Notes: generated from the letters alone by a model not told the origin. Positions 18,892 to 29,551 are shown, counted from the stretch's first letter. The stretch is DNA of 64,000 bases from Alphaproteobacteria bacterium (GCA_017524525.1 JAFXVM010000006.1:24819-88818); one strand, 5' to 3'. Numbers and translations are program-made.

Positions 18892-20085
18892 TTAAACATC
18901 AAAATCGTATGAATTGATAGATTTTACGATGGCGGCGACGAGTTTATTTTGATGGTCGTCTGATTTCAAAAGTTTTTCTTCGTTTTTATTGGACAAATGT
19001 CCCAATTCTATCAATGCACCCGGCACGGTTGAACGCAACACAGCGAATGGTGCATGACGGACAGACGGTCCCTTTTGTTGTTGAATCGATGCACGAGATA
19101 AAGATTTTGCACAACTGTTTGCGTATTCTTCACTTAATTCCGCCACAGCGTGTTGTTGCAAGGCAGACAAAGCAACACGAATATCTTTGGAAAATTGTTC
19201 AAACCCATTTACATCGATTTTATCAGCAGCATTTTCTGAATCTGCCAATTTTTGCGCTTCTTCGTCCGAAGCCTTTTCAGACAAAGTGTACACAGAAAAT
19301 CCGCGCATATCACGGCTAGGGTTCGCATTAGCGTGCAAAGATATAAACAAATCTGCACGTTTCTTTTCCGCAAATTCCGCCCGTTCAGCCAATTTCAAAA
19401 ACGAATCATTAGAACGAGTTAAATATGTTTTATAACCCGCACTGTCCAATTTAGATTTTAACTTTTTCGCAACTGACAAAACCACAGTTTTTTCTTGAAC
19501 ACCAGATTTTCCAATACACCCCGGATCTTTTCCACCGTGTCCAGGGTCAATTACTATGACATGTTGTGTTTGTTTCGTTTGTGGTTTTGCTTCTTCTTTC
19601 TTTTGTGTTGGTTGCTGGGTAGCCGCCCTGCCCGTTGTTGCAGTGCTCGTTATCCCTCGACCAGTTCCAGATTTAAAATCAATCACCAGACGATAATCAT
19701 TATCGCCATTTGGTTCCAAAATCATTATTTGTTTTTTATCAATCGCATCAATCGCCCCAGAAAGCGCAGCCGCAACCTGTAAAGTAGAACCATTTTGAAT
19801 TTGTGTAATTCTTTTAATCAAAGTTCCTTTGGCTAGATTTGTTTTTGCGTCTGTTTTTCCGTTTGTATTAGATAAATTTACATTTAATTGTTTATCGCCA
19901 TAAGACAAAGTATATGATGGTCGCGACGCCGTTTCAATTACCAGACGTGTCTTACCCCCGGGTTGTGTCCCCGTCCGAATTGAACGTACTGTGTTTGGCG
20001 CAGAAAACGCCACACGTGGTGCAATACCAATAACCAACGCACTGAAACTGACTGTTTTAAAAACCTGCCTTCTCGATATTTTCAT
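18892..20085 (-). CDS. amiC: N-acetylmuramoyl-L-alanine amidase (AmiC-like, AMIN + Amidase_3), Tat-type signal
   Basis: MKISRRQVFK twin-arginine motif and VIVIDPGHGGKDPG...LFISLHANA amidase_3 motifs. The ATG at 20085 is preferred over the upstream extension. Confidence 0.8.
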   Translation of the reverse strand: MKISRRQVFKTVSFSALVIGIAPRVAFSAPNTVRSIRTGTQPGGKTRLVIETASRPSYTLSYGDKQLNVNLSNTNGKTDAKTNLAKGTLIKRITQIQNGSTLQVAAALSGAIDAIDKKQIMILEPNGDNDYRLVIDFKSGTGRGITSTATTGRAATQQPTQKKEEAKPQTKQTQHVIVIDPGHGGKDPGCIGKSGVQEKTVVLSVAKKLKSKLDSAGYKTYLTRSNDSFLKLAERAEFAEKKRADLFISLHANANPSRDMRGFSVYTLSEKASDEEAQKLADSENAADKIDVNGFEQFSKDIRVALSALQQHAVAELSEEYANSCAKSLSRASIQQQKGPSVRHAPFAVLRSTVPGALIELGHLSNKNEEKLLKSDDHQNKLVAAIVKSINSYDFDV

Positions 20086-20149
20086 GATTGGTATTATATC
20101 AAAAAAACGATTGTTTTTCAAGAAAAGTATATGATTTTTTTGACACAAA

Positions 20150-20178
20150 AAAACGCCCGATTGGGCGTTTCGTTTTTA
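20150..20178. terminator. rho-independent terminator
   Basis: aaaaacgcccgattgggcgtttcgttttt between amiC and the next gene. Confidence 0.55.
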
Positions 20179-20188
20179 AATAATTGTT

Positions 20189-21436
20189 TTATCTGCTGGC
20201 ACAATTAGCAAACGCTTGTGCAACAATGGATGTTTCTGATTGAGTCAATGTTGACACAGGTATTGTATAACATCTGGCGCTGTCGCGAATAACAAAGACT
20301 TTTGTGCCACGCTTATATGCCTTTTGCATTGCATCCATTTGCGAACTGGTCAAGAAAGAGTTTTGAGTCAAAGCAGAACTCGTTAACCCAGCCTGAACCA
20401 CCTGATTAGCAGTTGCATAATCGTATATTTCAGACATAGACGTCACTTCCATAAACACGCTTTGGTCTGCATACGGATTTTGTGCGTTATTTTGAGCCGC
20501 TGGGAACGTAGCACCAGCAATAACATTAACCGCAGCCTGTAAATTAGGTGTTGTATTAGTTGTTGTAGCATGTTGTACAGTGTTTAATTGCAAATTATCA
20601 CCACAAGCAAGATTCATACGGTTAGTATAACTTGCCAAGACAGCATCCACCGCCGCTTCCCAATTTGCACCTTTGGAATTTGGTTCCAAACTTACCACTT
20701 TTTCCGCCCATCCCCAGATATTAGCACCAACATTACCTGCGTTTGCAAAACGAGTTACCATTTCAGCAGAACCACCAGATACCCCAGCACCACAATAATC
20801 AGTTAATTGTGTTGTTAACATACTGGTTGTTTCGTTGCCATACGCAAGCGCGACAGAATGACAAGCCATCGCAGCTTCCAATTCGCGACGACGTTGTATG
20901 CACAAATCTGAATGAGATTTAGTTAATTTATCAGCCATATTAGCCATGGACAAATACGACATTAATTCTTGTTGAACATAAGATGGACATAATCTGGCGG
21001 CTGTGTTCATGCCACCCGTACCATTTTTAGTCATTGTGTTATATTGTGGCAACAGAATCGAAGTATCCTTTTGCAAACAAAGCAAAGCATAATTATACAA
21101 TTCTATTTCTGTTGCATACATACAACGACCAGAAGTTTTTCCAGGAACAACAGCCACATCACCACAATAATCTGTTAGACATTTATATATCTTTTCACGA
21201 CATGCAGTATCAACATCAGGTTGAGTAATCATAAAATACGTATTACGCTGATTTTGAATATACGCATTAGCAACACCCTTTTGACCACGTGTTCCATTTG
21301 TTGATGCCCCAGCCGAATTTGTATAAACTGCAGCACGCGCACTGTCGTTCGCAGTGGTTCCTGCCGAAACTGCAATCGCACCATTCGCGGTTAAAAAAGC
21401 CCCTATAAAACCAAATGCTAGTATCTTTTTGTTCAT
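20189..21436 (-). CDS. secreted Cys-rich hypothetical protein
   Basis: 415-aa ORF with signal peptide MNKKILAFGFIGAFLTANGAIA and many Cys. No family recognised. Confidence 0.55.
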   Translation of the reverse strand: MNKKILAFGFIGAFLTANGAIAVSAGTTANDSARAAVYTNSAGASTNGTRGQKGVANAYIQNQRNTYFMITQPDVDTACREKIYKCLTDYCGDVAVVPGKTSGRCMYATEIELYNYALLCLQKDTSILLPQYNTMTKNGTGGMNTAARLCPSYVQQELMSYLSMANMADKLTKSHSDLCIQRRRELEAAMACHSVALAYGNETTSMLTTQLTDYCGAGVSGGSAEMVTRFANAGNVGANIWGWAEKVVSLEPNSKGANWEAAVDAVLASYTNRMNLACGDNLQLNTVQHATTTNTTPNLQAAVNVIAGATFPAAQNNAQNPYADQSVFMEVTSMSEIYDYATANQVVQAGLTSSALTQNSFLTSSQMDAMQKAYKRGTKVFVIRDSARCYTIPVSTLTQSETSIVAQAFANCASR

Positions 21437-21552
21437 AAAGTTCCCTCTCGTTACGAATTATTTTATCATATTCACAAACAAAACGCAACAGAAGTTTAAT
21501 TAAAAAAATACAAAAAAGTTGATTTAAACAAAAAAATTGGTATATTTTGAAT

Positions 21553-22624
21553 ATGACAGTTGTGAACAACGATATTTTAAATCAAATCTTTGACGATATT
21601 TCTTCGTTAAGGGGGTTTCTTTGACCCAGAAAAACTCCAAAAAGAAATCAATGAATTAACTGAAATTTCTAACCGCGCAGATTTATGGGACAATCCTGAT
21701 TATGCACGCGGGATTTTACAAAAAAAATCTGGTTTAGAAAAACAATTGGCTGAATTGATTAATCTGGAAACCGAATATAAAAATCTTTGTGATTTATATG
21801 AAATGTCCCCAGAAGACGCTGATGTAAACAATGCCATCAATGATTTAGCAATCGCTGCACACAAAGCGAAATTTATTACTTTATTCAGCGACCCGATGGA
21901 CAACAATGGTGCTTTTTTGTTTATTCAATCTGGCGCAGGCGGGACAGAGGCACAAGATTGGGCACAAATGTTATCTCGTATGTACACCAGATGGTGCGAA
22001 AGACACGGTTTTTCTATTGAAACCGTTGAAGAACACGAAGGCGATGTTGCTGGAATAAAAAGCATAACCTTTCGTATTTCTGGCGAACGCGCTTTTGGTT
22101 GGTTAAAAAATGAAATCGGTGTTCACAGATTAGTTCGTATTTCACCTTTCAACGCGAACGGAAAACGCCAAACCAGTTTTGCTTCTGTGGATGTGTGGCC
22201 AGACATAGATGATTCTATTGAAATTGAAATAAACGAAAAAGATTTAAGGATAGATACTTACCGTGCAAGTGGCGCCGGGGGACAACATGTTAATAAAACT
22301 GATTCAGCGGTTCGAATCACGCATATCCCGACAAATACCGTTGTGACTTGCCAGAATGAACGCAGTCAAATTCAAAACAAAGAAATGGCTATGAAGATGT
22401 TGCGTTCTAAATTATACGAATTAGAAATGGAAAAACGCGCCGCCGAAGAAGATGCCGCTAAGGCTGCTCAAAAGAAAATTGAATGGGGCAGCCAGATACG
22501 CAACTATGTTCTTTACCCTTATCAACTGGTTAAAGATGTGCGGACAAATGTAGAAAAGACAGATTCTGTCGCTGTTCTGGACGGCGATTTAGATGATTTT
22601 ATGCTGGCAATGCTGGCAAAATAA
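21553..22624 (+). CDS. prfB: peptide chain release factor 2, requires programmed +1 frameshift at 21622
   Basis: Frame 1 reads [23 protein letters not shown], ending at the in-frame TGA of the canonical AGGGGG-TTT-CTT-TGA-C site. The +1 frame continues [25 protein letters not shown]... into the 21746..22624 ORF, which carries [19 protein letters not shown]. Confidence 0.9.
21610..21625 (+). promoter_or_regulatory. RF2 autoregulatory +1 frameshift site (internal SD-like AGGGGG + CTT TGA C)
   Basis: AGG GGG TTT CTT TGA C, identical in architecture to the E. coli prfB shift site. Confidence 0.85.
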
Positions 22625-22646
22625 TGTATAATAAAACCGGTTTCCA

Positions 22647-22723
22647 GCACCCATAGCATAACTGGATAATGCATTGCCCTCCGAAGGCAAAGACTGCAGG
22701 TTCGAATCCCGCTGGGTGCGCCA
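22647..22723 (+). tRNA. tRNA-Arg (anticodon CCG)
   Basis: Acceptor GCACCCA/TGGGTGC, anticodon loop CTCCGAA, T-loop TTCGAAT, CCA encoded. There is one T-stem mismatch. Confidence 0.8.
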
Positions 22724-22965
22724 TAAAACCAAAATCGGTTTTGCCGATTTTGGTTTTATGTTGTGTCAACCCGGGATGAGAACCTAGGTTCGACAACAAG
22801 TAGATTTTGGAAGTGCAACGCACCAAAATCGTTACGGTTGCCCCGCAGGCATATCATGCCAAGGAAATCCGCAGATAAACAATTAGAAAAATTAAAAAAA
22901 ATCGAAGTCTACAAGATTTTTTTAAATTTTATTTATTGTTTATCAAGACGCCGCTGGGTGCGCCA
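22708..22965. repeat. direct repeat of tRNA-Arg 3' end (15-16 bp core) flanking a ~230-bp AT-rich segment
   Basis: cccgctgggtgcgcca (22708-22723) and ccgctgggtgcgcca (22951-22965). The segment between them contains a GGTTCGACAA motif like the one in the tRNA-Ser downstream spacer. Confidence 0.7.
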
Positions 22966-22989
22966 TTTTTATCGATATATTAAATAAAA

Positions 22990-23022
22990 AAACAACCGAC
23001 ACAAAGGTCGGTTATTTTATTT
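22990..23022. terminator. rho-independent terminator
   Basis: aaccgacacaaaggtcggtt followed by a T-run. Confidence 0.55.
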
Positions 23023-23796
23023 TGTGTTTTGCGCTTTTAAATTAAAATTCTTTGGAACAACGCCATTATAAATTTGAAGTATTGAATAATACAAATCTTG
23101 GTCTTTATCTAATGCCGTCTTTACTATTTCAAACGCTTCGTTTATGCCAGATTCATATTCTTGTATTTCATCATTTTCAAGATTGTCTTTGTTTGCTAAA
23201 ACAATTGCCAAAGATTGTATTTTTTTGGTGTCCGCTTCGCTCATATTCGCCATTAACATAGTAGTCACCAACAAAGATAATTCTGGGTTATAATTTAATA
23301 AAGTATTGTATTGTAAACCTGGGTAAACTTTCTTCAAAATATCAAACAAACGAACAGATATTCTATTGTAAAATCTTTCGATGTCATATTTTCTTACCAA
23401 GCGTTGAGAATGAACAGTGGTTGCCAATCCCGCGCCAAAGCCCAGAAGTGTTCCAAAAAGAACAGACAAAGCAATTTGTATGTTTGCTTTTTGTTGGTTT
23501 TCAATACCCGCCTTTTCTTTTGCAGAATATGTGTGAAGTCCAGAAAAACTTCCAACAAGAACAGCTAGCAACGCCATCATAACATATTCTGTTTTCATTT
23601 TTTTTAAAATAGATACCAATGGTTCGGCAAATTTTGCGGCATTGTGTGCACGTGTTTTTGCAAAATCTTTGTTATTAAAATATTTATTTAAAAATTTTGC
23701 ACGTTCTGGTGTTTCGCGAACATGTGACGGGTTTAGTAAATTATTTTCTTTTTCATATTTTTGTTTTAATCTTTCATTTGGATCTGTTGCATACAT
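23017..23796 (-). CDS. hypothetical membrane protein (2 predicted TM helices)
   Basis: 259-aa ORF with hydrophobic segments MMALLAVLVGSFSGL and ALSVLFGTLLGFGAGLATTV. Confidence 0.5.
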   Translation of the reverse strand: MYATDPNERLKQKYEKENNLLNPSHVRETPERAKFLNKYFNNKDFAKTRAHNAAKFAEPLVSILKKMKTEYVMMALLAVLVGSFSGLHTYSAKEKAGIENQQKANIQIALSVLFGTLLGFGAGLATTVHSQRLVRKYDIERFYNRISVRLFDILKKVYPGLQYNTLLNYNPELSLLVTTMLMANMSEADTKKIQSLAIVLANKDNLENDEIQEYESGINEAFEIVKTALDKDQDLYYSILQIYNGVVPKNFNLKAQNTK

Positions 23797-23946
23797 TTTT
23801 TTGTTCCTTGTTTTAAACTAATTCTGCTAGAAAAACGCTAGCACACCATGTACGATTGTCAAGAATATATTAAAATCTTCTTGATTTTATTGCTGGATTT
23901 AGATAGCATTTGCGCATGAAAAATAAACTACAAAAAGGATTAATTC

Positions 23947-25692
23947 ATGGTGAAAGTAAAAGTCGCAGAAACATCTGCACACGAATCCGATAAAAATGAT
24001 GATAAAATATATTTTATGGCATTGGGCGGTTTGGAACACGTCGGTCAAAACATGTATGTTTATAAATACAAAGGCAAATATTTAATTGTTGATTGTGGTA
24101 TGGGCTTTTTAGAAGAAGAAATCGGTGCTGGGGATGTTCAATACTGTGATACAACTTGGCTTGAAAAACACAAAAAAGATGTTGTGGCTTTTGTTATGAC
24201 ACACGGACATGAAGACCATATTGGTGCATTAAAATACATTTGGCCAAAGTTTAGAAAACCAATATATTGTACGCGTTTTCCAGCCGAAATTTTACGCAGA
24301 ACATTTAATGGTTTGGAAATGGACTATAACCCAGACAAAGACATTATTGAATTTGATGCAAGTGGCGCAGAATTAGATTTGGCGCCGTTCACCGTGGAAA
24401 CTTTCCATGTTTCACACTCAGTACCCGAAGCACAAATGTTAATCATCAAAACACCTGCGGGAAAAATTTTACATACTGGGGATTGGACTTTTAACGATGA
24501 TAACCCTATTGAACCAGGCACAAATTACGCAAGATTGCAAGAAATCGGTTCCGACCCAAAATTGTTAGCCTGTGTTTGTGATTCTACATCCAGCGAAAGA
24601 CAAACACCACAAACCACAGAAATTCAGGTTCGTGACACTTTGGCAGAAATTATGAAACGCGCCCCAGGTCGTGTATTTGTGACGGGTTATTCCAGAAGTT
24701 TAGCAAGAATAAAAATGTTCAGCGAAGCAGCACATACTGCGGGACGAGTTGCCGCAATAAAAGAACGCAGTAATCCTAACCCTGTGCCTTATGTTGGCTT
24801 GCCAGAATTCCGCGAAATCGGTATAGAATATGGTTATTTAGGCAAAGATGATGTTTATACTTTTGATGAAATCAAAGATTTGCCAGCAGAAAAACAAGCA
24901 ATATTTTTAACAGGTTCTCAGGGCGAAAAATATGCTATGTTAACTCGTCTTTGTCATGGACATGTGAAAGAATTAAAATTAATGCCAACTGATACTGTGG
25001 TGTTCAGTGCTATTATTATTCCAGGTCGCGAACAAGATGTATCTTTCCTTTATAACAAATTAGCGCGTATGGGTATCAAAACATTTACTATATTTGACAC
25101 AGACCATGTTCACGCAAGCGGACACGCCGGCAGACCTGAATTTGAAAGATTTTACGACATGGTTCACCCCCAGGTTTCTATACCAATGCATGGTGAATAT
25201 ATCAGCGAAATGTTAAACGGTAAAATGGCAATGGAACGTGGTGGGGCTAAGCACATGATGTTGGTCCACAACGGCGATATCGTCGCATTGAAAGATGGCG
25301 AAGAACCATATGTTTGCGAATCTATCCCAACAGGCTTTGTTGTTATGGAGGGTGAAACAGAACGCAGCGCCGATGACCAAGTATACAAAAACCGCAAAAA
25401 GATTGCTTCGAACGGTGCAATTTTTGTCACATTACCTATTGATAAAAAAGGTTTTCTCAAAGGTATTCCAGAAGTATCAAGCGCAGGCATATTTGAATCT
25501 GATGACACTGGGTTTATGAAACGCCAAATTCAAATTGAAATCACTAATGCGATTGATAATTTAACGAAAACTGAACGCAAAAACCACGACAATTTGCACA
25601 AGGCTGTCCAAGTGGCATCAAACAAGGTCATTCGTGCGGCTTTGGGCGCAGATAAAAAACCGCAATACAGCGTTCATTTTGTATTAAAATAA
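23947..25692 (+). CDS. rnj: ribonuclease J (RNA-metabolising metallo-beta-lactamase)
   Basis: HGHEDHIGAL beta-lactamase motif II. 581 aa, collinear with the beta-CASP and C-terminal domain organisation of RNase J. Confidence 0.8.
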   Translation: MVKVKVAETSAHESDKNDDKIYFMALGGLEHVGQNMYVYKYKGKYLIVDCGMGFLEEEIGAGDVQYCDTTWLEKHKKDVVAFVMTHGHEDHIGALKYIWPKFRKPIYCTRFPAEILRRTFNGLEMDYNPDKDIIEFDASGAELDLAPFTVETFHVSHSVPEAQMLIIKTPAGKILHTGDWTFNDDNPIEPGTNYARLQEIGSDPKLLACVCDSTSSERQTPQTTEIQVRDTLAEIMKRAPGRVFVTGYSRSLARIKMFSEAAHTAGRVAAIKERSNPNPVPYVGLPEFREIGIEYGYLGKDDVYTFDEIKDLPAEKQAIFLTGSQGEKYAMLTRLCHGHVKELKLMPTDTVVFSAIIIPGREQDVSFLYNKLARMGIKTFTIFDTDHVHASGHAGRPEFERFYDMVHPQVSIPMHGEYISEMLNGKMAMERGGAKHMMLVHNGDIVALKDGEEPYVCESIPTGFVVMEGETERSADDQVYKNRKKIASNGAIFVTLPIDKKGFLKGIPEVSSAGIFESDDTGFMKRQIQIEITNAIDNLTKTERKNHDNLHKAVQVASNKVIRAALGADKKPQYSVHFVLK

Positions 25693-25722
25693 CCACGCCC
25701 CAAAACGGGGCGTTTTTTTTAT
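25690..25722 (+). terminator. rho-independent terminator after rnj
   Basis: aaccacgccccaaaacggggcgtttttttt. Confidence 0.6.
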
Positions 25723-25793
25723 AAAAAAGTTCTTGCCAAGACAGTATTATTTTTTCTATGATTCAAAATATATAAAGAGGAAGGAAGGACAAA

Positions 25794-28700
25794 ATGCCCT
25801 ATTTTTCGCGATTTTTACACAGATTAACCGTATGTGTTTTAGCATTTGTTGGGTTGTTTGCTGTGAATTCTTGTTTGGCAGCATATACTGTTAATTATTT
25901 GTGCGGGGATGGCACGGGTGAAACGCCAGCTGATGCTATAAACATTCAAACAGGCGCTGATTTTGTTCCTGCCGCAAATACTTGTACCACGCCAGAAAAC
26001 TATGAATTCGATGGTTGGTCTGTTAGTGGCACGAACGACGTCATACCTGCAAACACTCCATTTACATGGGAATATACGGAAAACAAATATTTTATTGCAC
26101 ACTATACAAAAAAAACTTCGTGTTCAGCAGGACAGAGTTGGGAAACATATACTTGTGATTTATCCGATGCAATTGTTGGTAATCCAAGCGGGAGCGAGCA
26201 AACCGGGGGCTGGGGAGCCAGAGCCATAAACGGTGCAACAGGAAGCGATTATACAAGACCTTTAAACAATTACCCATTAGCAAAAGGCGAATGGGTTAGC
26301 ATTATGTTTAGAGATACAATCAAAGGTCGAGCTTTCTGCAGTAACAGAGCAGGCAATGATTGGACTCTAACTTACCCAGACGACTATAAAGATGAGTGGC
26401 TGGCAAACGATTCAGAACTTATCGCTGCTGGCACAGGAGATTATTGTTGGTGCAAAATTTCTAATTCGCTGCGATACGATAACATTAAATCTGATTGGGT
26501 GTTTAGTAGTGGACATTTTTCATCATCGACCTGTTCTAGTTATTGTGCTATATTTTGTGCTCACCAATTCCGTGCACCATCATCAATTAATTCGGATTTT
26601 CGTCCTGAACTGTATAATGCCGTAACACGCGCCGAACAAGAAAAATGTGAAATCAATGCTAATTTATATTCTATAACCTATTCTAACCTTTTGAATGCGA
26701 CATGGGATGAAAATCAATTACATCCTGATTCTTATACAACTGGCGAAGAGATAACAATTGGAATTCCAACCCGCGAAGGATATACTTTTGATGGGTGGTG
26801 TGATGATGCCGAATTAACACAAAATTGCACAACAGAAAAAGTCATTCCCGCTGGTTCAACCGGCGATAAAACATTTTATGCTAAATGGACCGCTTTGCCT
26901 TGTGGTGTTGGCTATGAATCTCAAACAGACATATTTAGTGACACGGATTATTTTGCACCAGGTCGTGCTTATTCATATTTTGGTGCTGCTGATCGTAACG
27001 AACACTTTGTCAGCAACGGTTTAAACATAGATTTAGACAATACTTTGGAAGCATTGCCTGCTGGAAGATTCGAAATATTTTTCGCAACTGATGCTGATTC
27101 AAATACAGGCTTTCATGCCATGATGTATGGACGCGCGCAATGCAGTTCTACAGTTGGTTATACGGGCAACTGGGAGTATTCAGGACACGGTCAGTCTGTT
27201 CCAGATACAATCAGTGAAACCCCAGGTAATTATTGTTGGTGTCAATTTGATAAAATGGTTCCATATACAAAATCTGGTTCACAATGGGTGCCAAATGGTG
27301 AACCCATAGATTTTGTGACGAAATGGCTGTCACCAGGTGGTCAAACATGTACTCCATATTCTTGTGCTGGGTATTGCACCAAAAAGTTTCATGTCCAAAT
27401 ACCAGAACGTCAGGCACTGTATGGTCCGGGCGCCTTGCCACCATGCAAAATAAAAACATACACTATCAGTTATGAACTGGACGGTGGCGAATGGCCAATT
27501 GCACTTGTCAGCAAGCCTGAAACCTATAATATTACTTCCGCAACTATAAATTTACCAACGCCAGCCGAACGTGAAGGTTATACATTTACAGGCTGGTGTG
27601 ACAACGCAGAATTAACACAAAATTGCTCAACAGAAAAAATTATCGCGACAGGCTCAACTGGCAATAAAACGTTTTATGCAAAATGGACAGAGAATATTGT
27701 TGAACCTGAAGAGCCTGTTGAACCGGATACAGAACAAGAACCAACACCTGTGGATGAACCGGATGAGTGTGCTTTGGCTTCATGCGTTGTGACTATTGAT
27801 TTTGGTAATGGTCAAACAACCGAAAAGACATTTGACAACGGCGATGATTTGGTTATGCCTGTTCAAGCAGAACCAACCGGATCTGTGTTTAACGGATATT
27901 GTGAAGGTACACCAACGTGCACAGAACCACAAATGCGTTTAACCACAGAACAGATTGAAAATGGTGCAACTATGTATCCACAATACATACCTGTATCAAC
28001 AGGGATGACCGCACCGTCTGTTGAAGAAAGAACTTGTTTAAACGATGCCTGCGAAATAATTTTGAATTATGATGATTCAACAGAATCTTCTGCGAATATC
28101 GATTTGAATTCTGGATCGAACAACAGATCAGCTTCTGCTCTTCGCCGTGGCGGGATATTAAGAACGGCCACAACTAATCGTTCTGCCAGAACATTTAATC
28201 GTGGCGAATTATTAATTACACCTATGCTGGTCAAACAAGGTTATACTTTGCAAGGTTATTGCGTTGATGAAACTGATACATGTTCTGCACCAATTGCGGC
28301 AGTATCAAACATAAATCTTAACACAAAGAGCCGTGTGACTATTACACCAAAATGGAGTTCTAGTGGCTCTACCCCTGAAACCTATACCATAACTTATGAT
28401 ACTGCGGGTGGAACACCAACATATTCATCCGCAACATATACCATTGGCGATACCGTATCTTTGCCTGCTGACCCAACAAAAGAAGGTTATACTTTCAAAG
28501 GCTGGTGTGTAGACAGTGCAACTTGTGCAGAACCAATAGATACATCTACTTGGGCTGGTGCAACAAAAGATGTGACGCTTTATGCACAATGGGAAATTAT
28601 CTCGAATTCTGGATGTCAACCGGGATATTATTCATCACAAGATTCTGGGGAATGCACAATATGTGAAGAAAATCATTATTGCATTGGTGGCGAAAATTCG

Positions 28701-28976
28701 ACTATGAAATCTTGTCCATCTGGGCTGGTGGCACCAGTTGGAACGGTTTCTGCCAATGAGTGTGGCAAAATCATGCGGATTGGTGAAAATGTTCTTTATT
28801 TGACACAAAAACAACAAACTACACCTGCTTTGGCGGTCAAAATAGATGACAAGATATACTATGCCAAAACAACACCTGTGTCACAAATAGAACAACCGAC
28901 AAAACATTTTCTAAGAACAAGAATAGACGGTATCGAATATTCTATACACGATAATGCAATTCAAAGGAGAAATTAA
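25794..28976 (+). CDS. secreted CWC-module / Listeria-Bacteroides-repeat protein (1060 aa), mini-paralog of the giant protein
   Basis: Signal peptide; two CWC modules (GEWVSIMF...GDYCWCKISNS, ...GNYCWCQFDKM); three Flg_new repeats nearly identical to giant-protein repeats; a C-terminal ~65 aa homologous to the giant's C-terminus. Confidence 0.85.
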   Translation: MPYFSRFLHRLTVCVLAFVGLFAVNSCLAAYTVNYLCGDGTGETPADAINIQTGADFVPAANTCTTPENYEFDGWSVSGTNDVIPANTPFTWEYTENKYFIAHYTKKTSCSAGQSWETYTCDLSDAIVGNPSGSEQTGGWGARAINGATGSDYTRPLNNYPLAKGEWVSIMFRDTIKGRAFCSNRAGNDWTLTYPDDYKDEWLANDSELIAAGTGDYCWCKISNSLRYDNIKSDWVFSSGHFSSSTCSSYCAIFCAHQFRAPSSINSDFRPELYNAVTRAEQEKCEINANLYSITYSNLLNATWDENQLHPDSYTTGEEITIGIPTREGYTFDGWCDDAELTQNCTTEKVIPAGSTGDKTFYAKWTALPCGVGYESQTDIFSDTDYFAPGRAYSYFGAADRNEHFVSNGLNIDLDNTLEALPAGRFEIFFATDADSNTGFHAMMYGRAQCSSTVGYTGNWEYSGHGQSVPDTISETPGNYCWCQFDKMVPYTKSGSQWVPNGEPIDFVTKWLSPGGQTCTPYSCAGYCTKKFHVQIPERQALYGPGALPPCKIKTYTISYELDGGEWPIALVSKPETYNITSATINLPTPAEREGYTFTGWCDNAELTQNCSTEKIIATGSTGNKTFYAKWTENIVEPEEPVEPDTEQEPTPVDEPDECALASCVVTIDFGNGQTTEKTFDNGDDLVMPVQAEPTGSVFNGYCEGTPTCTEPQMRLTTEQIENGATMYPQYIPVSTGMTAPSVEERTCLNDACEIILNYDDSTESSANIDLNSGSNNRSASALRRGGILRTATTNRSARTFNRGELLITPMLVKQGYTLQGYCVDETDTCSAPIAAVSNINLNTKSRVTITPKWSSSGSTPETYTITYDTAGGTPTYSSATYTIGDTVSLPADPTKEGYTFKGWCVDSATCAEPIDTSTWAGATKDVTLYAQWEIISNSGCQPGYYSSQDSGECTICEENHYCIGGENSTMKSCPSGLVAPVGTVSANECGKIMRIGENVLYLTQKQQTTPALAVKIDDKIYYAKTTPVSQIEQPTKHFLRTRIDGIEYSIHDNAIQRRN

Positions 28977-29551
28977 TGTTAAAAAAATCGATATATTTAC
29001 TGCCCTTTTTTGTTATGGCTTTTTTGTTTAATGCCGTTGCTGCCCCCAGCATTGGATTGTTGAAACAGAATAAATCTAATACCAATATTGCAAAAACTGC
29101 CGCAATTACCCCAAAAAAACAACCCGTAGCAACGCCAAATATTGCGCGTGCTATACAAAATTCAAACACATCAAATTTAAACAAAGCTTCATCTGCTGGT
29201 TCTGCTAGATTGCCTGCGTTATTAGGTAAGATTCCTTTGGCAAATCAAAATACAAATACAAACACTAATATAAACACTAATGTAAACACTAATACAAGCA
29301 CCAAGCCTGTTACCAGTGGTGTATCAGAAAGTACATTTAATTCACTGGTGCAAAGGGTGGAAGTGCTGGAATCCAAAAATGAAAACACAATCATAGACGT
29401 TGTCGAAAACGGTTCTGGCGCATATGTTAATGATGTTACAAAAGAAGGAAACGAATTAAATGTAACAAAAACAGACATATTGTATGTCCCTGTTAAGAAT
29501 GCAAGTGGCACGACCGTTCCTGGTAATGCAGAAATTTGGATTATAAAATAA
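28976..29551 (+). CDS. small secreted protein with Asn/Thr-rich linker, translationally coupled to the upstream gene
   Basis: Its ATG overlaps the upstream TAA (TAATG). It has a signal peptide and a low-complexity NQNTNTNTNINTNVNTNTS stretch. Confidence 0.6.
   Translation: MLKKSIYLLPFFVMAFLFNAVAAPSIGLLKQNKSNTNIAKTAAITPKKQPVATPNIARAIQNSNTSNLNKASSAGSARLPALLGKIPLANQNTNTNTNINTNVNTNTSTKPVTSGVSESTFNSLVQRVEVLESKNENTIIDVVENGSGAYVNDVTKEGNELNVTKTDILYVPVKNASGTTVPGNAEIWIIK

Noticed and set aside
22763-22987. 74-aa ORF between the tRNA-Arg 3'-end repeats
   Set aside because: No RBS and a basic low-complexity translation in AT-rich repeat-flanked DNA; more likely non-coding.
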